In this document: piece after piece, positions 62,975-64,000 of the stretch
Layout of the letters: each line of letters starts with the position of its first letter
How positions within the stretch are numbered: position 1 is the first letter of the stretch
Assembly: GCA_964016885.1 (NCBI GenBank)
Contig: OZ024740.1
Coordinates: 235,228,001-235,292,000 of the forward strand
Source of the DNA: Eledone cirrhosa
Taxonomy: Eukaryota
DNA length: 64,000 nucleotides
Reading direction: 5' to 3'
Notes under the pieces: model-generated
What the model was told of the DNA's origin: nothing
Databases searched by the model: none
The model's input: only the letters and a program-made list of their open reading frames with translations
Position numbers and translations under genes: made by a program

Positions 62975-64000
62975 ATCTCAGATTTGCATATTCCATGTGT
63001 GAACTTTGGGGTTCACTAGTTGAATTATCAAATTGATTTGGTTTTTGTTGAATCTAAAATCAATGTAATTCATGATGTAACATGGGTCTTCATTGAATTT
63101 CAGTTCTTTGAGGCTTGTGTAAGCATTGTAGATGAAGAAGACTGTTGACTCGGCTTTCAAAATAAACTCTTTCAACTGTAGATAGTTTGAACAGATTTGG
63201 GTGAGGTTCGTCTTGATCTCAGGATTTTACACAGCTTCTTTCACTCTCTATCAAAATGCCTGCATCCTCAAAACTCTACAATTTCTGTAACTAACAAGTT
63301 TCTTGGCATAGTAATTGATGGCATTCAACCAGCTACACACCTGATCACAATTGGCTGATTGGGTCATCTGATTGCTTTGAATTGCTCTCAACAGTGTTTG
63401 TTTTTACAGTAGCAGCCATGACGATGGCAATCAGACAATTGACTGCAGGATAGAAAGCCATTATTTTTAGAGCACAATTGCGCTGTAAATGGGAGAAGCA
63501 CGTTACATGGAAGAGTTTAAGGTGATACATAACTTGCAATGTTTCTCCAGCAGCTACCATATACCACTATACTCCTTAGTGAATCATCGATGATCTGAGA
63601 GATGACTGCAGCTATTAGAGCTGATTCAAGTTACAAACAGTCTATTAAGAACATTTTTTGAAGATTTTGAACTGAACTAATAAGTACATTAACAATTCTT
63701 TTGCCATCGATCTCACTTTCACCAATAATTAAAGATACATTTTGGTTAGCCAGGCAGCTCTTGGAATTTTCAACCATGTTTGCACTAAGCATTTCAACAT
63801 ATTTTTTGCACGTAGATTGAGATAGCAGTTGTTTATTGATAGAATCGAAGTGACCTTGGATTAGTCAGCCTCAAGAAATGCTTTGGTTGCCATTGCACCC
63901 CTAGATTTATTGTTTTCAGTAAATTCAATTATAGTAGTCTTTTAAAGATAGTTTTGATGTTTTTATCTCATTCTATGGGACTCAACAAAATGTTTTTTTT
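62975..64000 (-). mobile_element. hAT-superfamily transposase relic
   Basis: YMVAAGETLQVMY..LFHVTCFSHL..CA..I...YP.VN.LI resembles the D..YM..AG..L...YP...HVTC.AH (CxxH) core of hAT transposases; many stops. Confidence 0.6.

Overview
AT-rich, repeat-dense animal genomic DNA. The SINE families resemble cephalopod/octopus ones (inference from motif recall, not a database match). Two apparently functional host genes are visible, both nuclear-encoded mitochondrial proteins: an intronless TFAM-like ORF (16131-16868, +) and a spliced phosphate carrier SLC25A3/PiC (non-coding exon 1 near 37535-37571; six coding exons 37728-46572, 352 aa). An intronless GALNT10-like pseudogene (54918-57262, -) has its catalytic PCSxVGH motif amplified into an 11-unit 38/39-bp minisatellite, and a second fragment lies at ~19.1-19.35 kb. 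The rest is mostly transposons. There are two young, full-length, head-to-tail Tx1-type (L1-clade) LINEs in a TC(ATT)nG microsatellite, plus older relatives. There are about a dozen CRE-like RLE retroelement copies or fragments, the longest with an N-terminal PHD finger. Also present: a Penelope relic carrying a solo-LTR-like insert, RTE and CR1-like scraps, two non-autonomous Helitrons, five piggyBac-type MITEs, a hAT transposase relic and many SINEs. Most unusual: (i) a sister-family Tx1 3' end inserted antisense, with a 16-bp TSD, at exactly the homologous position of a Tx1 copy; (ii) the PHD-bearing CRE element; (iii) the (ATT)n-embedded Tx1 dimer. Boundaries of degenerate repeats were set by eye and are approximate.
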